NCBI GenBank assembly: GCA_965235115.1
Contig: OZ249436.1
Span: 31,994,001 to 32,058,000, forward strand
Origin: Laetmonice hystrix
Lineage: Eukaryota
Length of the DNA: 64,000 nt
Direction of reading: 5' to 3'
The position numbers were made by a program, and so were the translations under genes. Within the stretch, counting starts at the first letter, position 1; each line of letters begins with the position of its first letter. Shown here piece after piece: positions 26,251 through 37,685 of this stretch. The notes below the pieces were generated by a model, which was not told the DNA's origin, did not search any database, and worked only from the letters and a program-made list of their open reading frames with translations.

Positions 26251-29200
26251 AAGCCAGAGACTCCAGGTTTCAAAACTTTAATACCATGAGAAGACATGGA
26301 TCTAATTTTTTAAATAGTTCAAACAATCTTAACAAATGCGTTTTAAGATTGTAAACTATAAGATAATTATTAATTTTCCTAAACTTATCTCTAACGGTGA
26401 TGCTTTAAATCAATTCTAAATACCATGAGTACGAAATGCCAACGTGCATAAAACCTTCATAAGATTATTTTGACATGACGATATAATAATTCATATGAAA
26501 ATCAATCGAAACCATGGGACACTGCAGTTGCTATTTTCGTCCTGTGGACGGCGGTCTCAGCTCATACAAATCAAGGCCTAGGGGGCCATCGTGTGTCTGT
26601 GCCACTGTGAATCAGATGACAACCCATCTCAATTCACATAAAGATGACGAAGGTTGAGTAAACTACATGGTTTATTCTCGTGTTCTGCTTCCCGCAGTCG
26701 GTGATCTCCGACCGCCGCCGGCACCGTGGGGAGCAGGAGGAGGGGAAGGAACAGGAGGAGCGGGAGCAGGAGGAGGAGCAGCAGCAGCATCCATCACTGC
26801 CGTCGTCCTGCCGGCTCGCCGAGCTCGGTCCGCCTGTGACAGTTCTAGGCCGGAGCTCGCCGCCAATAAGACGGATCACACACCGGTCCCAATCACACTA
26901 CATGTACAGCTAGACACCCGGCTCCACGACGACGACGGCGACTAAAGACAACGACAACGACGTATCTCTCCGAGAGCCCTCCCGATCTAATACTCATCCC
27001 TATGATGGAGAAACTTGCCAATCCCTCATCCTCCGTTCATCAGAAATCTCAAGGTCTCATCTTTCAATGTTTATGGGAACACACTGAGAAAAAACAGACA
27101 AGTTGACACACATCCCGCATTTAGGAAAATCTCAAGAAAACAGTCCCTGCTGTCTTCAATCCCCTCAGAAAAAATACTCTCCTTCGGTCAACAAGGGTCT
27201 GTGTTAGCTATCTAAATGTTCCCGATTCAGTAAAGCTGCCATGAGTTATCATCAACTGTTTTATGTGACCGCGATTATTTACACCAGCATTAGGTTATTT
27301 ACATCTATCACGCCATATTTGCTCTTCAGTCTATTTGTATTGAATTTGTCATGTCTACTCTGATATCTTTGTCTGAAAGTTATCCTTAAACTTACAATAA
27401 TAACAATATATAAATCCTTGTCTTTATTATGGTACACAAATTTATGTACACCTCCATCCAAGTCATATTTTACTATACCAGATATAAAGTATGGGTAATT
27501 TTGGTCATCAAACGTCAGTCCAAGTTATTCTGAGTTAACTATACGTGTACTTTAAGATTCCTAATTTAGAATGTCCCTACTTTATGTAGTTACTCTTGAC
27601 GGAGGCAGCAAACCTTCTTCCTCGGGTTCCATCTTATTGTGTTACTTTCAAAATGACCCGGTGTTTGGCGATCTTTGCGGTCCCTTCATCATGGACCTGT
27701 ATTACTCCCAGTGCAGCTGGGTGCAGCTCATCTCACCCGTACATCTCTTCCTACCATCTTTCTGATTTGAGAAGTCAAAGGTATGGTGATGAAGTGCTTA
27801 CAGGGACTTACTACACGATGATTCCAAGAACTGAGGTTCCTTTTCCTATCGACCAAAATTTACGTTTATATTACCAGACTACACATACCTTTCTTATCAT
27901 TGATGCCCATAATGATAACGATTCTACTACTGAGGGGCAAAGTCACTATCATTAATTATACAAGTGATAGATCTTCAGGGTGAACAAACTGATATTGAGA
28001 GGTGTTTCCCAAAAAATGACCCTACTTGAGACTAATTACACTAAGACAGAAACCCCAGTAATTGCTCAGGCGTTGTACTTTAGTTTGTATATTCGTGGAG
28101 CACACCTACACGTAAAACAAATTTGTGCACGATACAGGCACAAACATGTATGACTTGGTGATCATTTTAAAGATTACGGGCAATCGGACCTGCATCAGAA
28201 AAACGTCCCTCATCTTCAAAATAACATCCTCCATGGTACAAAGAATGTTTGAGCCAATTTGTATGCCTGCAGCATGACTTGCGCCTTTTTTCTTGTTAAA
28301 TTCTAACTCTAACCTGTTAAGTTTACAAAATAAGACAGTTCTTAGACAGGGCTAACATGACACTAAGAGGAGACTCGAACGAGGGTATCATATCCTGAGC
28401 CAAATTTATCAGAAGTAACTTGACTAGGCCAGCAGGTGTTTACACACAAAAAACTACCAGACCCACACGCTAGGACGAAATGGGCAAAACACGCTCGAAA
28501 CGAACATTCGTTCAAAACTGACACCATTGACATCAACCATGGGAGGCCACAGTTGGCTTTGACGCCTCAATGGATTCAACGCTTGTGAATGTTTCATGTT
28601 GTCACAGCAACAGTAGGCCACTACTAAAGGATGCGGTAAGCACAGGATAAACAGCTTTCTCTCTCTCTCTCGCTCAGGGTCGCACAATTGCAGTGATTAT
28701 TTGCTTAAGGGAGAAAGCTATGTATGCAGAGTGCATACACTAAAAAAAATTTGAGGAAAGGACCTTTCATTGTATTGGTATTTCCATAAAATTGATAACT
28801 TTGAGGAATTTACTGATATGATCCAAAATCTCGACACAGTTATGATGATACTGATGTCTAGACGTTTTCCAGCTATCTTTCTCCCTTACAAAGGGCACGT
28901 AACTACCAAGCTGTATCAATATTATTATCAACGCGAATATGGACTGTGTGGAACAAAATAGAAGATTCCACTCGGAGAAGCCACAAACAAACCTGACCAA
29001 ATATATGACAACCAGGAGTACGGGTATTAGCACTAGCAACACCTACTAACTGACCCAGATGTGTAAACCCTGTATCGACCCATAAATATGCTTCTGATGA
29101 TGATCCCCGCAGTAAAATCAATACATCTAACATGACGGCAAAACCGATTACGTCCCTGTTTATATATTACTCACGCAACAAAGATTCCTTTCATGAGAGA

Positions 29201-29563
29201 ACCATATAAATTGGCCTTTCCTAAGTAATGGTTTTGATGTATAAAGCTGTATACTTTAAGCTGACCGTTTTTTTAACATGAGACATCAAACACTGACTGC
29301 ACTTAGAAGGAGAGGTGAGGCACACGAAGTCCTGGCCGTACCACGAGTACAGACAAGACCCCATGGATCCTGTCTGTACGTTGATATTTAACCACTGGCT
29401 TTACCGACGTCGGGACGCCAGGGTGTCAATAGATCCCTTTCACCTGAGTAGACTGTGTAATCAGACACACCGCAAAAACCACTGTTGTATATTTCAAAAC
29501 CCTTCACTCTACTATCCCTACGGGTTCAAGCATCTTTTTTATTCACCCACTACGAAGCATTAA

Positions 29564-30043
29564 AGGGGCATATTATGAGGAAACGTTAAAAATCGGTATT
29601 TCATAGAACTTTTGCTGTTTTCATAAAGAGATCCTTCATTAAAATTGCTTAGTAAACAAAGACAGTCTTATCAGTTTCATTTTGCGTGAGAAATCGAAGT
29701 TTATTAAGCTCCCTTGCCCGCTTCTCTGCCAATTTTGTAAAATATTTTTTTCTGATGCCGGGCGATCGAGTGCCACTGCTGAATTGTTTACAACTAAACA
29801 AAGCACGTGACTAAGCACATTACACGGGTTGATGGGGGGTTGTCCGCCAAATTATGGCGGGAGATGTGCTATCGGGAGAAATCTATAGGTTTCGTCGTAT
29901 AGAACCTACTTGTGCTGCATACGCAGCGAAAACACGTCGGAGGGCAAAATGCTGTGGTAGGATTATTTACTTGGATCCCTAGTACACGGTCATGTTGGAT
30001 AATTGCCGGAAATCCTCAAAAACGTGTTTCATAGCATGCCCCT
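29564..30043. mobile_element. Non-autonomous DNA transposon with TTAA target-site duplication (Kolobok-like), 480 bp
   Basis: ttaa|aggggcatattatga ... tcatagcatgcccct|ttaa. AG..CT termini with a TTAA duplication fit Kolobok better than piggyBac. Confidence 0.8.
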
Positions 30044-30256
30044 TTAAGGTTTTGATAAACGATGTTCAAATACAGCTGGGAGCAACTGCAGCCTATTGAT
30101 TTGACCCTATTATACCAAGCTGTGTCCCTCCGGGCATCACAGCGAGTGTTCGGTTATCCAACACCTCTAGTTTATATCCAGTTGGCCACCTGTGGGTTCT
30201 GAAATAAAACGATGTCTGTACAAATAGCAAGGGCCTGTAGGACGTTTGAGCGAGTG

Positions 30257-31038
30257 GGACCCACAGACTGTGTCTGGAAGGTAATGGGAGACTTAGAGAG
30301 GATGGTTCAGTACGGTTCTGATGACACCTCCTGATATATTGCCTGGGTCATGGTGATACTCCAGTAGGGTCAGCACCAGAGACTGTCACCTCATAGACTG
30401 GTACAGGTAGGACCACCCAAGGACCCACAGACTGTGTCTGGAAGGTGATGGAAGACTTAGAGAGGATGGTTCAGTACGGTTCTGATGACACCTCCTGATA
30501 TATTGTCCGGGTCATGGTGACACTCCAGTAGGGTCAGCACCAGAGACTGTCACCTCACAGACTGGTACAGGTAGGACCACCCAAGGACCCACAGACTGTG
30601 TCTGGAAGGTAATGGGAGACATAGAGAGGATGGTTCAGTACGGTTCTGATGACACCTCCTGATATATTGTCCGGGTCATGGTGATCCTCCAGTAGGGTCA
30701 GCACCAGAGACTGTCACCTCACGGACTGGTTACAGGGTTACAGGTAGGACCACCCGAGGACCCACAGACTGTGTCTGGAAGGTAATGGGAGACTACAGAG
30801 AGGATGGTTTAGTACGGTTCTGATGACACCTCCTGATATATTGTCCGGGTCATGGTGACACTCCAGTAGGGTCAGCACCAGAGACTGTCACCTCACAGAC
30901 TGGTACAGGTAGGACCACCCAAGGACCCACAGACTGTGTCTGGAAGGTGATGGGAGACTTAGAGAGGATGGTTCAGTACGGTTCTGATGACACCTCCTGA
31001 TATATTGTCCGGGTCATGGTGACACTCCAGTAGGGTCA
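30257..31038. repeat. About 164-bp tandem repeat, about 4.7 highly similar copies
   Basis: Unit start ggacccacagactgtgtctggaaggt at 30257, 30421, 30585, 30758 and 30923. Confidence 0.96.
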
Positions 31039-31242
31039 ACATTAGTGACTCACTGTCACTTTACACTACTAATAATCAACCACGGTAAACCAGTGTAATA
31101 CAGACACTAAATATCAACTTGTCACCTTTCCTGCCAAGTGTTACTACTACCTTTCTGGGAGATTATTCACAGTGATTTGATAGTGTCACGATTACACATG
31201 CTACCAAGATGTTTCCCGGCCAAGCCTCTTGACAAAAGGTTA

Positions 31243-31373
31243 GGGCAGGTTCACACTGCGGATTTCCCCTGGGTAATATCCGGGTCAGGGGTGGTGAGCT
31301 GTATGTGAAGATACCAGCTCACCACCACTGACCCGGGTATTACCAGGGGAAAATCCTCAGTGTGAACCTGCCC
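31243..31373. mobile_element. Palindromic Harbinger/Tourist-like MITE, 131 bp, TTA target-site duplication
   Basis: Termini gggcaggttcacactg and cagtgtgaacctgccc with about 60-bp arms. TTA on both sides. Confidence 0.92.
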
Positions 31374-31817
31374 TTAGGCTTGACAAAAGGTTAACGACGG
31401 CAGGCCGAGTTTAAGGGCCTGGAGCCCTCCAACATCACGAGGGCCTGAAGACAGCCAATCGAACCACCGCCCAAATATCACGCTTCACTTCAGATAATCT
31501 TTTTATTTGTAGGGGGAGGGGATGGCAGCTGCATCAGACTAAAAATAGATTCCTCGCTACACTCGATCTCATTTCCTGCACTCACTCTAAATTGTCATTC
31601 CAGGTCTCATCACGATTTCTAAGTGTGTTCAATCAGTGCTAATGCTAATGCTTCGTTGGCCTCTTGAATTTTCATCTGGGTTTCACCTTCAGTTCACCCG
31701 ACTAAATGTCAATGTGTTTACTTTGCCTTCTCGAAACTAGTATCTCATTCAAAGTGACAACCTTTCCGTCGTGTTACAAACAGGAGAAGTTTTGTGAATG
31801 CTTACCTAAGACGGAAC

Positions 31818-31988
31818 AAGCCGACCGATGTCCTAATCATGTGACTGGTATTTTATGTTTTATTGAAATGGTCAGTACGGAGAAAATACTCACGACCCTG
31901 AAAGCCGACCGATGTCCTAATCATGTGACTGGTATTTTATATTTTATTGAAATGATCAGTACGGAGAAAATACTCACGACCCTGAAAG
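31818..31988. repeat. 84-bp direct duplication (2 copies)
   Basis: aagccgaccgatgtcctaatcatgtgactgg...tactcacgaccctga at 31818 and 31902. Confidence 0.93.
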
Positions 31989-32017
31989 ATCTTCAATCAT
32001 ATAGGCCTATTACTTAC

Positions 32018-32115
32018 CACAAAACTGAGACTCGGCTTTCTTTGCATCGAATAAAATAAACGTCACTCACCTGAAAGATAAAAGAAATTATCACAAATAA
32101 GATATGGTTAAAGTG
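32018..32115 (-). other. Candidate recursive splice site (junction 32071|32070) with a 53-nt cryptic exon (32070-32018)
   Basis: Sense strand reads ctttaac (branch-like)...ttatttgtgataatttcttttatctttcag|GTGAGTgacgt. Downstream donor GTG|GTAAGT at 32017. Confidence 0.75.
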
Positions 32116-32376
32116 AGGTAACAATATTCAATGTTTGTAGCCATGTCGGCTAAAATATAGTGAGATAATACATTTCTATCTTCTTCTTTTTTAATCATAG
32201 TGAAATTACAGGTATAGATTATGTACCTCTAAAAGGACAACACTTGATATTTCTGCAGATTATTTTGCAGATCTTACTTACAATGATACACAAAATGACA
32301 GTTGGATACGCATCCCTAGTTTATGGGGTGCTGCGGGCCACAGAGACAATTGCCACCGTGGCCGCAACGCCGACCC

Positions 32377-32786
32377 ATACTGTTGCTATATTATGTGGGA
32401 CAGACAGACCCAATTCGAATCATCAATATACTGTTGCTATATTATTTGGGACAGACAGACCCAATTGGAATCATCAATATACTGTTGCTATATTATTTGG
32501 GACAGACAGACCCAATTCGAATCATCAATATACTGTTGCTATATTATGTGGGACAGACAGACCCAATTGGAATCATCAATATACTGTTGCTATATTATTT
32601 GGGACAGACAGACCCAATTCGAATCATCAATATACTGTTGCTATATTATTTGGGACAGACAGACCCAATTCGAATCATCAATATACTGTTGCTATATTAT
32701 TGGGGACAGACAGACCCAATTCGAATCATCAATATACTGTTGCTACATTATGTGGGACAAACAGACCCAACTCGAATCATCAATAC
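32377..32786. repeat. 51-bp minisatellite, about 8 copies
   Basis: Unit atactgttgctatattatttgggacagacagacccaattcgaatcatcaat. Confidence 0.96.
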
Positions 32787-33581
32787 ACAGACAGACCCGC
32801 TTCGAATCATCAACTGCTGCGGTTGAGGATACTACATGTCAGTATATTGTACAGACGCCACCAGTGCCATTTAATATGCTTCTGCCCTCAATGTTTTTTT
32901 TGGCATTTTTATTCTACCTGTCTGGATGTTGGGGTTAATGTGATTGGGTGGTAGGAAGACGCTAAAAAACAATTCTTTTTACACCCTAATATTCCGACTC
33001 ACACACATGTATACATAATACAAACATAATGCAAATGGGTATACCGTTGTCAATTAGGTTAACAGCTTTACATACTCCAATAACTAGGTTCACTTACTAC
33101 ATGAGGATTTACGCTACCAGAAAAATATCTGATTGACCTGTAAGTTCCACTACACTGTCCAGAGCTGGAACTTTACAAACTGCAAATGCAAAAAGTGTCT
33201 TGTCCAGCTCTAACGGATACTTTGGATATTTTATTTTCTAAACAAGATTTTCAGAACAATGAATGTGTTTTTTTACAATTTGCTCCTAAATATGCAAGCG
33301 ACCGTCACCAGGGAAATACGGTTCTGTTCTCATAATAATTTCCTTATCAAAAGGCTATTATGAGAGAAATGCTTGCATTTTACACCTTTATGGGTTAAAT
33401 TGGATAAAGACAATCTTTCATGATACTTTTGTAAGAAAATGTGAAAATGTGTATTTTAAAGCAGAGTTTTGTAAGAAAATGTAAAAATGTGTATTTCTAA
33501 ATATTTGCTGCATTGTGTAATACAATTATGCCATCAAAACTGAACGGCAAGCAAAGATGAAGGTACCCCTAAAAATTACTT

Positions 33582-33763
33582 CTGGGCCCGGTTTTTAGTT
33601 CGTCATTTTACCAATCTTAAGACTGGGATTTTAAGACTGACTTGTGTTATGGTCTCTCATTGGCTGACTTCATTTGAAGGACCAATCAGAAGCTCTGAAA
33701 CAAGGGTTCAGTCTTAAGATTTGAATCTTAAGACTCGGTTTGCAAACTAAAAACCAGGGCCAG
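33582..33763. mobile_element. MITE (Harbinger-like, CWG flanks); inverted partner of 7659-7832
   Basis: Termini ctgggcccggtttttagtt and aactaaaaaccagggccag, with internal tcttaaga palindromes. Confidence 0.87.
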
Positions 33764-34989
33764 GGCTTTTATGTTGCACTTTGCTCCCACTGCGGCCAGA
33801 CACATTTTGTTAATCTTTACCCCGATTGCCACCTCTTCTGGGCCTGGCGATTAAAATGCTCCTACCGGAAGTTTAAATGGCAGATTCAGGTTTTCCCCCT
33901 GGACCTTATTGCAACCCCCAGGAGCATCACGATCCGAGGTTTGGCAACCACTGTTCCCACATTCCTCCTTGAACATTTTTCAACATGGCCGCGTGATGTT
34001 TTCACACCCATCGGAACCCATGACGTGATTGAAGTAGGACGATGGGACTTTCCAGACGAACCATTAAGCAATGGCGGCTTATAAACGGCCCAATCCTGCC
34101 TTCAGAGAAGTGTCGCATGTAGAACCAACACTGTACAGTCTTCTCTCGGCTCTATTACTGTGGCAGAGATCCGTCATGAAATAACATGAGCCAAGCCTCT
34201 CTTCATATCCTGGCGGCTCGCTTTGCCAATCTGCCCCTGTCAATGGTTACAACCTGCGACCACTGTCAGTTTCTACCACCAGTACTCCGGTACCTGCGGG
34301 TATTACGGAGGATTACCAGTCTCCGGCCGGGTAAGCTTGGGGTGGGCTGGGGGTATTAATCCTACCAGATCACCCGCACACTCCCCTGGATTTCTCTAAA
34401 TCCTTATCACGGTCCACCAGAATCAATGTTGCAATATTGACCAAATAAAGGCGGTGGATTAGAGGAGACTTGGCGTGGGGGTTGAACTGTGCGGAATATT
34501 AGCCTCGACCATCAGACCATCAATCTCTGTCACCCAAACCAAGTCAATCTCACGACATGTCTCATGAATCGGGCAGGTTTGTGGCAAACAACAAACCAGA
34601 CCTGATCGAGTCGAGTTTCCACTGGAATAAGGTTTCCTATGGAAAAAAACCGATATCTGTGGTCGGGGAAATATTCTAGGAAAAGTCATCTTGACCTACA
34701 AACATGTAGGCCTACCCCCCAATTATTAATTTCTCGTCCACCCCAATCCTATAATAAATGTATTGCGTATATATTCGTGGTCCACATATCATCAGCATAT
34801 ATTACTTGGCCTGTATTATAACCTTCAGCCAACGAAACACCCTATACTTATTCATATTCTATTCATATTTAACACAAGTAAAACATCTTTTATACATTAG
34901 CTTTTATCTAATACGGTACATACAATCTGCCTCATGTTTTCATATTAACCGTACATTCATCAGACACTGGCAGGCCGACATGAACAGTT

Positions 34990-35270
34990 CAGTCTGATCC
35001 AACAACGAGAATAACCCTTTCAAGTGAACAAAATGGCTTGATCCAGCAAGAGGAAACTGATCGGAAGGCAGACCTAATGATTTGATCCAACAGGAGGCGG
35101 ACAGTTGAGCGGGCGGACGAAACAAGCCGATCAAACAAGTGTCTACCGGCGGAGCCGACAAACCCACTGCTTCGATCCAGCAGGGATTTATTCAGCAGCA
35201 GACTTTATGGCTTGATCCAACATGGTAACCGTTCTGCAGGCCCAACATGATGGCTTGAGTCAACAGGCTG
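34990..35270. repeat. Degenerate minisatellite of about 43 bp
   Basis: A (g)gcttgatccaacagg-like motif recurs about 6 times at roughly regular spacing. Confidence 0.55.
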
Positions 35271-37685
35271 ATAACTATTCTATGAGGAGACTTGATGCAA
35301 TAAAGGCACCTTCGTCTCCGGATCTAAGATGGCCTCCTGGATGACGGGGGTGGATGGTTCCTGTGGGTTTGTCAGCTCCAGGTTTGTCAGAGCAAACATC
35401 GCGACCGCTGACAAATACAACCTGCCACCGTGGAGCAGGGAGGAGGAGGAGGAGGAGAAGGAGGCTGTGGGAGGAAGGGTGTGCACTCTCCTCCTCCTCC
35501 TCCTCCTCCACGGTCTGACCTTCCCTCATCCTCCTGCTCGCTGACCCACACGTTATTGTCTGTATCGTGCAGATTTGCATGGTTTTATGTCTGCAATATT
35601 CAATTTCCTCCTTTTGTGTGCTTGACAGAACACTTGCATGCATTTGTATGATAACTGCCCATTCTGCCCCATGCTTGGTTGAAGCCACTTTCCATCACAT
35701 TCATATTATTCAGATGTGGAGCACTTGACTGTGAAATGGGAAAAATGTGCACCAGTAACAAATGTAAGGCCATAAAACCAATGTAAACTATTCATCATAG
35801 TACCAGTGCTGAGAGAAGCGGCTTAATTACACTTGCATGAGTGGCAAATATATGTTTGATGACTTGGCTCTATTTTTGACTCTTCCTTTTTACGGGACCT
35901 GATACTAGTCTATAGATCAATAATTTGGCGGTTTAGGTCTGTCTGCTATCTCCATCTACATCCCGCTCGTCTGTCCGCTCTGCCGTGTGTAGGTGTGTGT
36001 GTGTGTGGGGGGGTGCATCCATTCATCTGGCTTTGATCCCACCCAGTGGAAAGCTGTGATCGCGGCCTCGTGCTGCAGGTATCAAGCCTCCGGAATCACT
36101 CACCCGTTGGGCTCATTTTCAATTACAAATCCATCAACACTCCCTTCCTATCATCTCCCCCCTCCCTCCCCCCCCCCCAACCCGTGTCTCTAAAGATGGA
36201 CGAGGCGATGCCAATTTATTCTTCATTATCATTTCTGTTTACCTATGACAACCTGCATCGACTTTGTTACCATTTTCTAATTAATTCCATTATCAATCTC
36301 TCCTTGGTGTTAACGGGTACCGACCCTGAAAAACAAAACCTCTGGAAAACAATTACTCCCGGGCGTTATCTTTTCCTGGTGGCACCCTCGCCAATCCCTT
36401 GATGAATTCGGAATTATGATGATATTGACCGATAGCGATGACCACTTCTGCCTCCCCCTACAATCTACCCATGGACTTCTGTTCTCATCTGACACGCGTG
36501 TTTACCCAGCACTAGTGTCCTGAATGGCCGTGGGTGGCGCTGGCGTTATTTGTAATGCCACCTGGGTGTGGTCAGGAACGGTAAGCCCAAACAGCCTACC
36601 AGTACCAACCAAGGACGGCGACCCTACCTTGATTTGAGACAGATCTCATCCCGGAGTGCACTAACTGAGGCTGCTGTACACAGCAGGCGCTAATACCCGA
36701 CAAAACCCGAGACCTGTCACTGCCTGTCAGTGTCAGCAGTCGTACACCTCCGACTTGATATATTAGCCAATGTATAGCACGGTAGTCAACATCTGCCAAC
36801 GATCATCTTTTTATACGATAGGTAATGGTACACTAATGTATCACAGTTCAGTTCTGGGAAAAAAATAACCAACATACTTTTGAAGTCTATTCTCTGGACA
36901 CTGTTTGCCAAATGCAATCTTTCTACCTGGTTGATTTTAACTGGAATCCTGGTTTTGTTTTCTAACCATGGGTTCATACAGTACTGCCGACATAAAGTCA
37001 GCATCCCTAGCAAATGTTGTTTGGTTTCTATACTATATTTTAAAATGGAAATAATCTGAAGAAAGCAACTATGGTTGCAAGAGAGGGCATAACCATGGGT
37101 TTACCCAATCCTCCAAGAGCTGACAGCGACACACGCAACAGTTGATGGAATGCCATGAACCAATCATCCCGAGGGACAACGTGATATTTTATCAAACTGA
37201 CCTCTTAATAAGGTCGAGGTCACTCGAGGGTCATACAAAGATGAAACCCCAGGAACTCTCACGTTGCATTGCAAAGCCGCTCGCCAAGCCTTGGAAACCC
37301 TAAGATTCCCAATCTACCACATTTTTCCCCACCAAGACAATCGGTAAAAGGAGCCTGTCTACTGCCCAACATTCTGCTCGAGCGTGAGCGGCGCAGCAGA
37401 CCTTTCGCCCTTCCAAGACAGCCACTACACCTTAAAATCCTCTTCAGAACTGACCCCACGTTTCTCTCCCTATGAAGGCCAAGTTTTACATGCCAAAACA
37501 GCCTCGCGTTGTTCCACTAAGTGCCAGCTCTCACGCCAAGAACCGATACTCACCCTCACCAGGCCCTCAAACAGGCCACACACAGAGGGCACACTTCATA
37601 CCACCAGGCGTTTCACACCAGCGGCACAGAGCACACACTCCAATTCACCTGTCCAACCACACTAACTGGACACAACACATACTAT

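Noticed and set aside
25869..26297. ORFs with an 8-aa periodic pattern
   Set aside because: Translation of the 24-bp minisatellite.
30310..30380. Hammerhead ribozyme in the 164-bp repeat
   Set aside because: CUGAUGA is present, but the required GAAA is GATA, GACA or GATC in every copy and the stem II register does not fit.
32244..32954. Three overlapping long plus-strand ORFs (236, 167 and 181 aa)
   Set aside because: They arise from a 51-bp minisatellite with no stops in those frames. They are antisense to CaMKII and show no protein-family resemblance.
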